Positions 40,141 through 50,389 of a stretch of DNA of 64,000 bases are shown piece after piece. The position numbers and the translations under genes were made by a program. Every line of letters begins with the position of its first letter. Within the stretch, counting starts at the first letter, position 1. Origin of the DNA: Candidatus Saccharimonadota bacterium (GTDB taxonomy: Bacteria; Patescibacteriota; Saccharimonadia; Saccharimonadales; JACDBH01); assembly GCA_028289135.1 (NCBI GenBank), contig JAQGGW010000008.1, positions 98,385-162,384 on the forward strand, read 5' to 3'. The notes beneath the pieces are model-generated. The model was not told the DNA's origin. It did no database searches and saw only the letters and a program-made list of their open reading frames with translations.

Positions 40141-40886
40141 CTTGGCGCAGCACCAAGGCTAAAGAATTCTTCTAGGGTTTCGATCTTTTCTTTGTGCATT
40201 TCGTTAGAAAGTGCGGTGCCAACGTAGCGTACATGCCATGGCTCGTATGTATAACCAGTAACTGGCACTTTGTCAGAGGTGTAGCGGATAATAAAACCGT
40301 ATTTGTAAGCATTTGCGGCCAGCCACACTCCTTCTGGCAGTTGGGCAAAGCACACGTCCACGTCGCATTTTTCGCTGGCCGGTTCAATATCAGCCGCCAA
40401 GCCGCTTTGGTGTTCGCTATATCCTGGCCGGGCACTGGTTTTGTCGGCTTCGGCAACGCTACTGCTGGCGACATAGCCGTTATATAGCCCCACCTGGTAT
40501 TGGTAAGACCTGTAGCCGCTGGACAGCATAAGGTTCAGGCCGTCCGCCTTTGCAGCTGCAAACATCATCTCAAGCGCCGTAGCGGTAACTTTGCGGACCT
40601 GCATGCTATCGTTGCCAGGAACGCGCAGAGGCACATTCGGGATCACTAGATCAGCCGGTACGTAGCTAACAGGGTTAATGGGGCGGTGTTTATTAACAAC
40701 CATCCAGATGCTTGCGGGGTCGCTTGTGGAAAATTGCTTTTTATCAAAAACGGGAGCCGTGCTGGCTTTTGGCGTAACCGGAACGAGTTCTTTTTTATCA
40801 TGCCGGATAATAAAGGTGCGGACGCCAATGCCTATCACCAGGAGGAATAAAACGATGCCTAAAAGCTTCAAAAATCTCTTTACCAT
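40128..40886 (-). CDS. D-alanyl-D-alanine carboxypeptidase family (VanY/peptidase M15B)
   Basis: N-terminal TM. SGYRSYQYQ, SEHQSGLAADI, EPWHVRYVG zinc and catalytic motifs. ATG at 40886 preferred over the TTG at 40901. Confidence 0.85.
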   Translation of the reverse strand: MVKRFLKLLGIVLFLLVIGIGVRTFIIRHDKKELVPVTPKASTAPVFDKKQFSTSDPASIWMVVNKHRPINPVSYVPADLVIPNVPLRVPGNDSMQVRKVTATALEMMFAAAKADGLNLMLSSGYRSYQYQVGLYNGYVASSSVAEADKTSARPGYSEHQSGLAADIEPASEKCDVDVCFAQLPEGVWLAANAYKYGFIIRYTSDKVPVTGYTYEPWHVRYVGTALSNEMHKEKIETLEEFFSLGAAPSYSS

Positions 40887-40910
40887 ACATCTAGTGTACA
40901 ATATTTTCAG

Positions 40911-41477
40911 ATGAGTAAAGATTTAGCGCCGCCAACCAAGCTCCTATGGATGGATCTTGAGTTTACCGATTTTGACTATCCAAACGCCTGTGTCCTGGAG
41001 GTTTCGGTTGAAGTTACGGACTTTAATTTTGTAACGCTCGGCAATTACGAGGCGCGTATTAAGAACAACCCCGAAAAGCTCGTCCAGCGCTTCAAAGTCA
41101 ATTCGTGGTGGCAGGACTTTGTACATAACAGGGACGATTTTATAAATAACAACGACAGCGGTAAGCCCGTAAAACAGGTAGAAAAAGAACTGCTGGCATT
41201 TGTTGATCAGCATTTTGGTAGCGAACCCGCTATTTTAGCCGGCAATTCGATCCATTCGGACCGCGGGGTGATTAAGGCGCACTGGCCGCTATTGGACCTA
41301 AAGCTTCATTACCGGATGCTTGACGTTACAAGCCTCAAAATCTTGATGCAGGGCAAATACGGGGTCGAATATGACAAGAAAAACACCCACCGCGCTTACG
41401 ATGACATCCAAGCTAGCATTGCCGAGCTACAATACTACCTCGACTGGTTTTCTGATAGTGGTAAGAATCCGTCCTAA
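40911..41477 (+). CDS. orn: oligoribonuclease (DEDDh exonuclease)
   Basis: LLWMDLEFTD, AGNSIHSDR, HRAYDDIQASIAELQYY. Confidence 0.85.
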   Translation: MSKDLAPPTKLLWMDLEFTDFDYPNACVLEVSVEVTDFNFVTLGNYEARIKNNPEKLVQRFKVNSWWQDFVHNRDDFINNNDSGKPVKQVEKELLAFVDQHFGSEPAILAGNSIHSDRGVIKAHWPLLDLKLHYRMLDVTSLKILMQGKYGVEYDKKNTHRAYDDIQASIAELQYYLDWFSDSGKNPS

Positions 41478-41487
41478 GCTCTAGTTT

Positions 41488-42450
41488 TTATGAACTAATT
41501 GCCTGCATTGCAACTTGCTTAGCTAGTTCAAGTACTTTGTCGCTGGCTTTATCTAAAATCTCCCTATTTGATCTTACTAACACGCGTTCATTATCGTCAC
41601 TGCTGCTTCGGGCACGATTTGAAGTATCTAAATAATCTTCGTATGTACCCCTAATCTCAGGTTTGTTTTTAATTCTTCGGTATCTGTTAAAAGTTTCTTT
41701 AGTAAATATCAGGGGACGAGTACCTAGTAGATTATCCATCATAATAAATAGTTTTCCTCTGCAGCCTGGCTGCTCTAATTCTCTTAAAGCAAGCCCAATA
41801 AAGTGGTCGCGTAGTTCAGCAGAATCTTCTTCAGATATATAGCTGCCAATTGTATGGGAATCTTCGCTATCAAGCATTTCATTACCGAAGTAAGTTTTCT
41901 GCAGGCTAGCTCTAATCTTTGCTTGCTCACTTGAATCGGCCATTTCATGTATAGCAGCATTCCAGCCTAATGCATGACGGGGTACTGAGCCTATATCTAC
42001 AAGTTCATCGTTGGTAGCTACCAATGCAGAAACGGCTTTTGTCATGAGCTCCGATGTAGTTATTCTAGAGCAAAGCTCATCATGTGTGGGAGAAAAAAGA
42101 CGTTCAGCACCAGTTTGGTCCCGGGGTAGTGCATACCAACTTGCACGAACTATACTTCCGCCAATTAATAAACTGCGGATGTCATCGCCACCGTACTTCC
42201 ATACAACATCGCGAATTTCCCTTCCGTGCGGATGCCAATTGACGCCCATTTCACCTACATTACTTCTAAAGACTTGCCTGCCTTCAAGTTCGTAGCCAAC
42301 TGATACCTTTTCAAGTTCTGCTCCTGTAAAAGCTAATTTACCAAATAGCTCTTGTTGGCTTGAGGGCGGAATACCGTAATTTTCTAATACTATTTCTTGA
42401 AATATTGGAAAACCTGCTACTAACGTTTTACCTTCATATGCTGCTTTCAT
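41488..42450 (-). CDS. hypothetical protein (orphan, AT-rich)
   Basis: 320 aa with no motif recognised. Three 60-nt lines spot-counted at 32-43% G+C, against 53% for one line of valS. Confidence 0.55.
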   Translation of the reverse strand: MKAAYEGKTLVAGFPIFQEIVLENYGIPPSSQQELFGKLAFTGAELEKVSVGYELEGRQVFRSNVGEMGVNWHPHGREIRDVVWKYGGDDIRSLLIGGSIVRASWYALPRDQTGAERLFSPTHDELCSRITTSELMTKAVSALVATNDELVDIGSVPRHALGWNAAIHEMADSSEQAKIRASLQKTYFGNEMLDSEDSHTIGSYISEEDSAELRDHFIGLALRELEQPGCRGKLFIMMDNLLGTRPLIFTKETFNRYRRIKNKPEIRGTYEDYLDTSNRARSSSDDNERVLVRSNREILDKASDKVLELAKQVAMQAISS

Positions 42451-42497
42451 TTAATGAATCCTTTTATAAGTTTTATATGATTTTACTTGCGTAACCG

Positions 42498-42552
42498 GGC
42501 AATAGTAACAATGCTCGGCAACGATAACAATAAGAAATGGCAACAAAAAATT
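42498..42552 (+). promoter_or_regulatory. three phased GGCAA-box direct repeats upstream of the TrmB-like gene
   Basis: GGCAATAGTAACAAT (42498-42512), GGCAACGATAACAAT (42517-42531) and GGCAACAAAAAATT (42539-42552). Spacing is 19 and 22 nt, ending at the -35 box. Confidence 0.4.
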
Positions 42553-42578
42553 GACAAAATTAACTACGTAATTAATAA
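42551..42578 (+). promoter_or_regulatory. promoter of the TrmB-like gene
   Basis: TTGACA (42551-42556), 16 nt, TAATAA (42573-42578). The ATG at 42588 follows with no RBS. Confidence 0.5.
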
Positions 42579-42587
42579 TAATGGCTT

Positions 42588-43349
42588 ATGAAAGATGACA
42601 ATACTACATTTTTAGCACTCTTAAGCCAGCTTGGTTTAAGAGAGGCAGAAGCTGAAACTTATAAAGCACTTTTAGAGCTTGAAGCTGTGTCTATCCGCAA
42701 GGTCGCAGACGTTACGGGAATCAACCGTGGTACTACCTATGAAATTATCAAAAGGCTGGTGACTATAGGACTTGCAAACGTACGTCAAAGCGGCCAGCGC
42801 GAATATTATTCTGCCGAATCGCCTGAAAAGATATACCATTTAATCCAGGAAAAACGAAAGGATTTATGGCATGCACAGCAGCTTGCCAAGGAGGTCATAC
42901 CGGAACTTATGGCCGAAAAGGCACGTCCACAAGGCCGCCCTTTGGTACGCTATTATGAAGATGACGAAGGCATCGTTACAATTTTAAAAGATGTACTGCA
43001 AACCTGCGCGCTTATGGAAAACCCGGAATATTATGTTTATTCGTCCCGGCCACTGCGCCAGTATATGTACCGCAAATTCCCGCAATTTACCCAGCGTCGT
43101 ATAGACGAAGGTATAAACGTAAAAGTCATCGCAGTAGGTGAGGGAGGCAATAAAGTAGATGCATCAGAGCGTAAATGGCTTCCCGAACCAACGAAAGCCG
43201 GTATATCGAGCTACGTTTTGATTTATGGTAATAAAGTCGCTAATATTTCGATTTCGAACGACTACACACCATATGGAGTAGTTATCGAGGACGCAGGCGT
43301 AGCATCCATGCAGCGGTTGTTGTTCGAGCAGCTTTGGGGAGTAATTTAG
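42588..43349 (+). CDS. TrmB-family transcriptional regulator
   Basis: N-terminal winged HTH LGLREAEAETYKALLELEAVSIRKVADVTGINRGTTYEIIKRLVTIGL, plus a C-terminal effector-type domain. Confidence 0.7.
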   Translation: MKDDNTTFLALLSQLGLREAEAETYKALLELEAVSIRKVADVTGINRGTTYEIIKRLVTIGLANVRQSGQREYYSAESPEKIYHLIQEKRKDLWHAQQLAKEVIPELMAEKARPQGRPLVRYYEDDEGIVTILKDVLQTCALMENPEYYVYSSRPLRQYMYRKFPQFTQRRIDEGINVKVIAVGEGGNKVDASERKWLPEPTKAGISSYVLIYGNKVANISISNDYTPYGVVIEDAGVASMQRLLFEQLWGVI

Positions 43350-43447
43350 CCCATAGGCTTGCGTTTGGCTAAAATGCGCAGTGCTGAGATCTTTGCGTTT
43401 AAACGCCTAAGCTTGCATGCGGGCTTTGGTGATGCGAAACTTGTGGT

Positions 43448-44107
43448 ATGAAGCTTAAGGCAGTTGTTTTTGATTTTGACGGCACATTGCTCAACACTTT
43501 TGAGCATATTGTTAGAGCCTTTGAAGTGGTGTTGCCAAAATATGGGGTCAAGCCAGACCGCGAAGCCATCCGCCGTGTGATAGGCATGACACTTATAGAT
43601 TGCTACAAGACGCTTGTGCCCAATGGCGACCATGAAGCAATGAAAAAGCTGCATCACGAAACCCAGCAAACACCCGAAATGTATGAGCTGATATTGGCTT
43701 ACGACAACTTACGTGAAACATTAGAAACTTTGCGAGAACAGGGTATTAAACTTGCCGTACAAACTAATCGGGGCCGTAAATCTGTTGATTTGATATTTGC
43801 GCATATTGGCCTAGCTGATCTATTTGATTATGTTATGACGGCCGATGAAATTGACAATCCTAAACCGGATCCGAAAGGTCTAATATTTATAGCCAAAGAA
43901 TTTTCTATTAAAACAAGTGAAATGGTTATGGTCGGCGATATGCCCATAGATGTAAAAACAGGGCAGAATGCCGGTGTGGCAGCAATTATTGGCATGACGC
44001 ACGGTTTTGGGACACGAGCGGAGCTTGAATCCGCCGGAGCAAGCTACATTTTAGATTCGTTTGCGGGGCTTCCATCTGTTATAACTAGACTACAGGAGAA
44101 GAAGTGA
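43448..44107 (+). CDS. HAD-IA hydrolase (phosphoglycolate-phosphatase-like)
   Basis: Canonical motif I VVFDFDGTLLNT, motif II QTNR and motif IV GDMPIDVKTGQNAG. Confidence 0.8.
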   Translation: MKLKAVVFDFDGTLLNTFEHIVRAFEVVLPKYGVKPDREAIRRVIGMTLIDCYKTLVPNGDHEAMKKLHHETQQTPEMYELILAYDNLRETLETLREQGIKLAVQTNRGRKSVDLIFAHIGLADLFDYVMTADEIDNPKPDPKGLIFIAKEFSIKTSEMVMVGDMPIDVKTGQNAGVAAIIGMTHGFGTRAELESAGASYILDSFAGLPSVITRLQEKK

Positions 44108-44427
44108 TGGACCACAAAACCGTAGAAGATTATATTTTATCAATGCCCAACTCGCGGCTCGACTACCCATTTGGCGAAGGGGTAGGGGTCTATAAAACTG
44201 GCGACAAAATGTTCGCACTTATTTCTGAAGACAAAAAACCGCTGCAAATTAGCCTAAAATGCGACCCCCAGCTGGCTATTACGCTCCGCGAAAAATACGA
44301 AACGGTGCTCGAGGGCTACCATCTTAACAAAAAGCACTGGAACACCATTTTACTAACGGGCCAGCTGCCTTGGGAAGAAGTCCAGGGGCTGATTTTGCAC
44401 AGCTATAACTTAGTTGCTGGAATCTAG
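44107..44427 (+). CDS. MmcQ/YjbR family protein
   Basis: LDYPFGEGVGVYKTGDKMFALI...HLNKKHWNTILL. Its ATG overlaps the upstream TGA. Confidence 0.7.
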   Translation: MDHKTVEDYILSMPNSRLDYPFGEGVGVYKTGDKMFALISEDKKPLQISLKCDPQLAITLREKYETVLEGYHLNKKHWNTILLTGQLPWEEVQGLILHSYNLVAGI

Positions 44428-44430
44428 GCT

Positions 44431-45069
44431 TTATTTTAATAAGCTGACGGTGTTTTTGTAACTGTCACTTAATGATGCTTTGATCTCGGGGCTGCTTACG
44501 CTTTGGTAGCTTTTCTTAAGATCTTTTGCGTACGTTACAAGGCTCTCCTGCAGAGTTGCCTTAAAAACCGTGACATAGTTGCCATTTGTGGTGGCAGCAG
44601 CAAGGGCGGCATCTGTTTTCTTGTTGAGCTTGCCATTTAGGACTACAGGCAAAATAACGATATTTTTTTGCTTAAGAAATTTTACGAGTGCCTGCTGCTC
44701 TGAGCTTATGGTTGACTCGGTGGTTGTTGCCCATGACTGTGTTTCCAGGTCACCTGCAGCACCCGCATAACCCAGGTTTGCCACCCGTATAATCTCCTGT
44801 TGTTCGGCCACGATATCTGTCAGCTGGGACGTAACTTGTTTGCTGGAGCGTGAAAGAAGAGAAGAAATCAAGATAATGGCAGCAATAACTACTGCTGCAC
44901 CGCCAACAATCACCAAAAGCCGTGAACGTAGCGATCCCGTTTTTAGCATCTGTTTTTTAGGTGGCTTTGGAGCATTCATAATGAAATGATAAGGGTTTTT
45001 TGGCTCCGCTGGGGGAGGCGGTTGGTTAGCGGGCGGCACAGTGCCCGGATTTAGATTGTTCGGATCCAT
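44431..45069 (-). CDS. membrane-anchored protein, function unknown
   Basis: Start moved to ATG 45069 (MDPNNLNPGTVPPANQPPPP...). Pro-rich N-terminus, one TM, about 130-aa external domain. Confidence 0.55.
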   Translation of the reverse strand: MDPNNLNPGTVPPANQPPPPAEPKNPYHFIMNAPKPPKKQMLKTGSLRSRLLVIVGGAAVVIAAIILISSLLSRSSKQVTSQLTDIVAEQQEIIRVANLGYAGAAGDLETQSWATTTESTISSEQQALVKFLKQKNIVILPVVLNGKLNKKTDAALAAATTNGNYVTVFKATLQESLVTYAKDLKKSYQSVSSPEIKASLSDSYKNTVSLLK

Positions 45070-45174
45070 ATTGCTATTAGCATAACAAATATAGCTTCCC
45101 TGAGCCAGTTGGAGAGCAATGTAATCCCCAGAGAGGAGCTTGCAAGCTGTCCAAGGTGATGCCACACTGTTAGT

Positions 45175-46935
45175 ATGGATGCAGTTTCAGAGGTAAAGGC
45201 CAGGCTATCTATCGAGGACGTTGTGGCGGAATACGTCCAGCTTAAACGCGCCGGCCGGAACTATAAAGGCCTGAGCCCATTCGGCAACGAAAAGACGCCA
45301 AGCTTTGTGGTCAGCCCCGAAAAACAGATATGGCACGACTTTAGCAGCGGCAAGGGCGGGGATATGTTTACTTTTATCCAAGAAGTTGAAGGCCTGGATT
45401 TTAAAGAAACCCTGGAGCTTTTGGCTAGAAAAGCCGGTGTGGATATGGAGCAGTTTAAAGGACAGACTAAGAGCAACAGCAAGCAAAAAGACCGTCTTTA
45501 TGAAGTACTAGACCTTAGCGCCAAGTTTTACCAAGCCCAGCTGCGGGGCAGCAAAACGGCGCTTGAATATTTGCTTAAAACTCGGGCGTTTACCAAAGAA
45601 ACGGTGCTTAAATTCCGCCTTGGCTACTCGCCAAACACCGGCGATGCCTTAATTAACTTCTTAAAATCAAAAAACTATACCCAGGAAGAAGCATCGGCGG
45701 CAGGTTTGATTACTCAGCGTTATAACGGCTGGGGCGACATGTTTAGGGGTCGGGTAATGGTGCCGCTGAGCGATGCCCAAGGCCGGGTAGTGGGATTTAC
45801 CGCCAGAATATTAGAAGACAACCCCGACGCGCCAAAATACATAAATACACCGAGCACTTTGCTTTATGACAAAGGCCGGCAGGCTTATGGGCTGCACTTG
45901 GCCAAAGAAGCTATTCGCAAGCAAAAATTTGGCGTGGTGGTGGAAGGCAACTTGGATGTGATTGCCAGCCATCAGGCAGGGATCGAAAACGTCGTGGCCG
46001 CCGCCGGGACAGCGTTAACAGAGGCGCATTTAAAAGACCTTGGCCGTTATGCGCCGGATATCCGGTTTGCTTTTGATAGCGACAAAGCTGGCATTGCCGC
46101 CACCGAGCGAGCCATCCCGTTGGCCCAAAAAGTGGGGGTAAACGTTAGCATAATCACCATCCCAGGCGGTAAAGACCCTGACGAGCTGGTGCGCAAAGAT
46201 CCAAAGCTTTGGCAGGACGCAATTGAACACCATCAGTACGCTGTCGATTGGCTGATTGAGCGCTATAAAGGTCTGCTGGACATAGAGTCAGGGCAGGGTA
46301 AGCGCCAGTTTACCGATGTTGTTTTGCAAATCATTCGCGGGCTGTCAGACAAGGTTGAACAAGATCACTACTTGGGAGAATTAGCTAAAAGCATTGGTGT
46401 CAGCAAAGAGGCAATGGCCGCCAAATTAACCGAACAAGCCAAAGAAATCCGCCCTATTAGGCTAAAAAAACCCGTTGCAAGTGTTCAGACAGAAACTAAA
46501 GAAACAGTTGAGCGGCGCAAAAGCGAACAGCGCCTGTTGTCACTGCTTTTAATGCAGCCAAAACTGCGCGTTGAGGCCCAAATGATTCGTCCGCAGATGC
46601 TAACCAGCCCCGAAGCCCAGGAGCTTTTAAACTTTTTGGCTGAGCATCCAGACTTTGAGAACGCCACCAAAGACATCCAGGAGTTGCAATCTATCGCGGA
46701 TTATGTAAAAATTACAGTATTACAGTTTGAAGAACTCTACCGGAACCTCGAGTATATAGAACTTCATAATGAAGTCACTCGGTTGCAGGAACGCTTGGTG
46801 GACATGTATGTCAAAGATCAAAAACAACGCGTCCGTAAGGCTATGGAAACAGCCTCAGACACTGATACGCGGAAACTCTTGGAAGCCGACAAACGGCTCA
46901 ACGACTTATTAAAGCAAGCGAAGGAGCACGCCTAA
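45175..46935 (+). CDS. dnaG: DNA primase DnaG (zinc ligands substituted)
   Basis: NEKTPSF motif, TOPRIM (VVVEGNLDVIA...FDSDKAGIAAT) and a C-terminal helicase-interaction region. Adjacent to rpoD. Confidence 0.92.
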   Translation: MDAVSEVKARLSIEDVVAEYVQLKRAGRNYKGLSPFGNEKTPSFVVSPEKQIWHDFSSGKGGDMFTFIQEVEGLDFKETLELLARKAGVDMEQFKGQTKSNSKQKDRLYEVLDLSAKFYQAQLRGSKTALEYLLKTRAFTKETVLKFRLGYSPNTGDALINFLKSKNYTQEEASAAGLITQRYNGWGDMFRGRVMVPLSDAQGRVVGFTARILEDNPDAPKYINTPSTLLYDKGRQAYGLHLAKEAIRKQKFGVVVEGNLDVIASHQAGIENVVAAAGTALTEAHLKDLGRYAPDIRFAFDSDKAGIAATERAIPLAQKVGVNVSIITIPGGKDPDELVRKDPKLWQDAIEHHQYAVDWLIERYKGLLDIESGQGKRQFTDVVLQIIRGLSDKVEQDHYLGELAKSIGVSKEAMAAKLTEQAKEIRPIRLKKPVASVQTETKETVERRKSEQRLLSLLLMQPKLRVEAQMIRPQMLTSPEAQELLNFLAEHPDFENATKDIQELQSIADYVKITVLQFEELYRNLEYIELHNEVTRLQERLVDMYVKDQKQRVRKAMETASDTDTRKLLEADKRLNDLLKQAKEHA

Positions 46936-48120
<1,185 letters not shown>

Positions 48121-48122
48121 CT

Positions 48123-49127
48123 TTAGGCGGCTTGAGCTAATGCTTGGACGAGGTATTCTTCGGGCATTTCTGCAATAATTTGCAAACGTCTTGGCATTTC
48201 TAATACTAAGCCTCGTGCGTTGTCGCGCTGTTCACGGTTCGCGTGCTTGCCATACATAATCCCGCTTAATGCTTGTTCAAGGCTATGAGCCGCTTTTTTA
48301 ATAGGTTCAGTTGCGGTGCCGGCTTCTAATTTGTTTATATTATCTTCATTGGCGATGTCAGCGACAGACGCAAACGTAAGACCAGATATATAATTTTCAA
48401 TGTTATTGTAGTGCCCATCAAGCTCAGCTTCGGCGGCATCAATTTCTTCTTTCGTGCCCGAACCAACTGCTTTTTGATATGTATGCAATAGAGTAACGCC
48501 CCGTGCCGCACAAGTTTTAAAAGCTTCTTCAGGTACTGTTGCCCAGACAAACATATGGGCGGTAAGATCATGTGAGCGATCCAGGGGTTCAGTAGCAATA
48601 AGTATATTTTCCTGGTCTAGCTCTTCAACCATAAGTTTTTGAGGGAAGTGCCCGCCGAGGAAGTCTTTATAACTCGGAGCAAAACCTGTTTCTTTTTCCA
48701 GGTAAACCATAATAGTGTTAAGCCTTTCGGTGCCTGGAGTAACCAATTCAGAAAAATTTACATTATCATGCGTAGTAATCCGATATCTAAAACCAAGTTT
48801 ATTTAATACCTTTTGAGCGATATCGTTTTTTGTGTATGACTGTTCAAAAGACATCGCATCAAGAGATAAATTATTTTCAAAAGTTAGTGTACCTTCCCCA
48901 ATTGCAGCCGATTCAATAGGCGGCAGTGTAGAGGATGGGTTGTCGATTTGTGCGGTGGCGAGTTTAAACTGCATCCCGCCATCGGGATTATGAATAATTT
49001 CTGCCTCTGTATAAACTTTATTGATTCCATACGCTTTTTGGGTAGCATAGTCGCTGCTCCAATGGATAAGCTGGGGTTCAATGGGTCTTTCGAGTGTTTG
49101 TGTTTGAGGTGCTTGTTCAGCAGACAT
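48123..49127 (-). CDS. hypothetical protein (orphan)
   Basis: 334 aa with no motif recognised. Last gene of a three-gene minus-strand unit. Confidence 0.55.
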   Translation of the reverse strand: MSAEQAPQTQTLERPIEPQLIHWSSDYATQKAYGINKVYTEAEIIHNPDGGMQFKLATAQIDNPSSTLPPIESAAIGEGTLTFENNLSLDAMSFEQSYTKNDIAQKVLNKLGFRYRITTHDNVNFSELVTPGTERLNTIMVYLEKETGFAPSYKDFLGGHFPQKLMVEELDQENILIATEPLDRSHDLTAHMFVWATVPEEAFKTCAARGVTLLHTYQKAVGSGTKEEIDAAEAELDGHYNNIENYISGLTFASVADIANEDNINKLEAGTATEPIKKAAHSLEQALSGIMYGKHANREQRDNARGLVLEMPRRLQIIAEMPEEYLVQALAQAA

Positions 49128-49174
49128 TAATATATATTAGCATTTTAAAGCTAAAAAGTCAACTAAGCGATCTG

Positions 49175-49582
49175 TTAGCTGTCGACAGATTGTTTTACAG
49201 AACCGCGGGTAATCAGCCCGTCAAGCCAGGCAGAGGTTGTGGCAATGTCGAGCGAATGGCGGACGGCTGAGCTGGCTTCGGCCTGCGGGGTCATTTCAAA
49301 GCCCTGCATAGTGGCGGCTTCGGTGTCGAGGTCAATAAGACTCGACGCGGCAGCGGAACGGTAGTCAAAGTGTACTTGGCCAAGGTGTCCGCTTGGGTAG
49401 CGCAGGCCGGTAATCATCAGGCGTTCTTCGGCCGAGTCATTTAAGTACAGCTCCACGCTTGTTACGGAGCGTTCCGTGCTAGTGGGCAGTATCGTATCAA
49501 TCCTCTGCAGCAGTGCCTGGAGCTCAGGGATGTTTAAGTTGCCTGGAGTAACAGGGTGGTCTGAGGTAGTTAGTGGATCCAT
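49175..49582 (-). CDS. hypothetical protein (orphan)
   Basis: 135 aa with no TM and no motif. Confidence 0.5.
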   Translation of the reverse strand: MDPLTTSDHPVTPGNLNIPELQALLQRIDTILPTSTERSVTSVELYLNDSAEERLMITGLRYPSGHLGQVHFDYRSAAASSLIDLDTEAATMQGFEMTPQAEASSAVRHSLDIATTSAWLDGLITRGSVKQSVDS

Positions 49583-49656
49583 ATTTCTATTGTCTCAGTG
49601 AGTTTCGATTTTGGCAAATATCCAGGAGATCAGCAGATGAGAACGGTCACGAATGG

Positions 49657-50289
49657 CTAAAGAATTGAAGGAAGCACCCGGGTTTCGATCTCATGGCGCA
49701 ATGATTCGACAGACTTTTCAAAATCAGCCCGCTCAAATGAGTTGTTAACTATTGTAAAGTGGGCCAGGGCAATCGGCGGAGCTTTATGCAAATTGTGAAT
49801 TTCACTGAGGTCGCGGTGGGCAAGCTCTTCTTCGTTTAACGGGCGGACTTCACGGTGTTTTGCGCGTTCAACCCGTACTTTCCAGTCGGCTGCCATTGCA
49901 ACTAGCGTTAGGTTCTCCTCGCCGTATTTGTCGACCAAAATCTCACGTTCTTCTTCGCTGTAAAGGTCATCGATCAGCACAATTTCACCAGCTTCAATTG
50001 CCGCGTCAATTTCAGGGATAGAAAGTTTAGCCATTGCGCCAAGCCCGTGCTGTTCACGCAGGCTTTCGCGGATATATTTTTCTTTTTGCTGGAAAGTCCA
50101 ACCGGCTTGCTCTTCGTTCCACCCATTCTCACCGTCACGCCGTTCAACTTCGTCCACGACAATACCGCCAAAATAAGCCTTGTGCCACTTGTGCCCCATG
50201 TCGTCCAAAAGCTTCTCGGTAACTTCTCGCGAAGTCGATTTTCCGGTAAAAGGCAGGCCAACAAAGCCAATGATAATAGGGGTATTCAT
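49657..50289 (-). CDS. P-loop nucleotide/nucleoside kinase-like protein
   Basis: ATG at 50289 gives MNTPIIIGFVGLPFTGKSTS (Walker A at the N-terminus). TGgTAATAT lies 10 nt upstream. The track start at 50328 is a TTG. Confidence 0.6.
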   Translation of the reverse strand: MNTPIIIGFVGLPFTGKSTSREVTEKLLDDMGHKWHKAYFGGIVVDEVERRDGENGWNEEQAGWTFQQKEKYIRESLREQHGLGAMAKLSIPEIDAAIEAGEIVLIDDLYSEEEREILVDKYGEENLTLVAMAADWKVRVERAKHREVRPLNEEELAHRDLSEIHNLHKAPPIALAHFTIVNNSFERADFEKSVESLRHEIETRVLPSIL

Positions 50290-50358
50290 ACTGCTGGCTA
50301 TATTACCATCAACAGAGGTAAAGTTCAAAGCCGCAGTCTAAACAAAAAGGCAGAATAA

Positions 50359-50367
50359 TGCTACAAT
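50359..50367 (+). promoter_or_regulatory. extended -10 of the GGDEF gene
   Basis: TGcTACAAT. AGGAAA RBS at 50382. ATG at 50390. Confidence 0.45.
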
Positions 50368-50389
50368 CGTATCTGTTAATTAGGAAATT

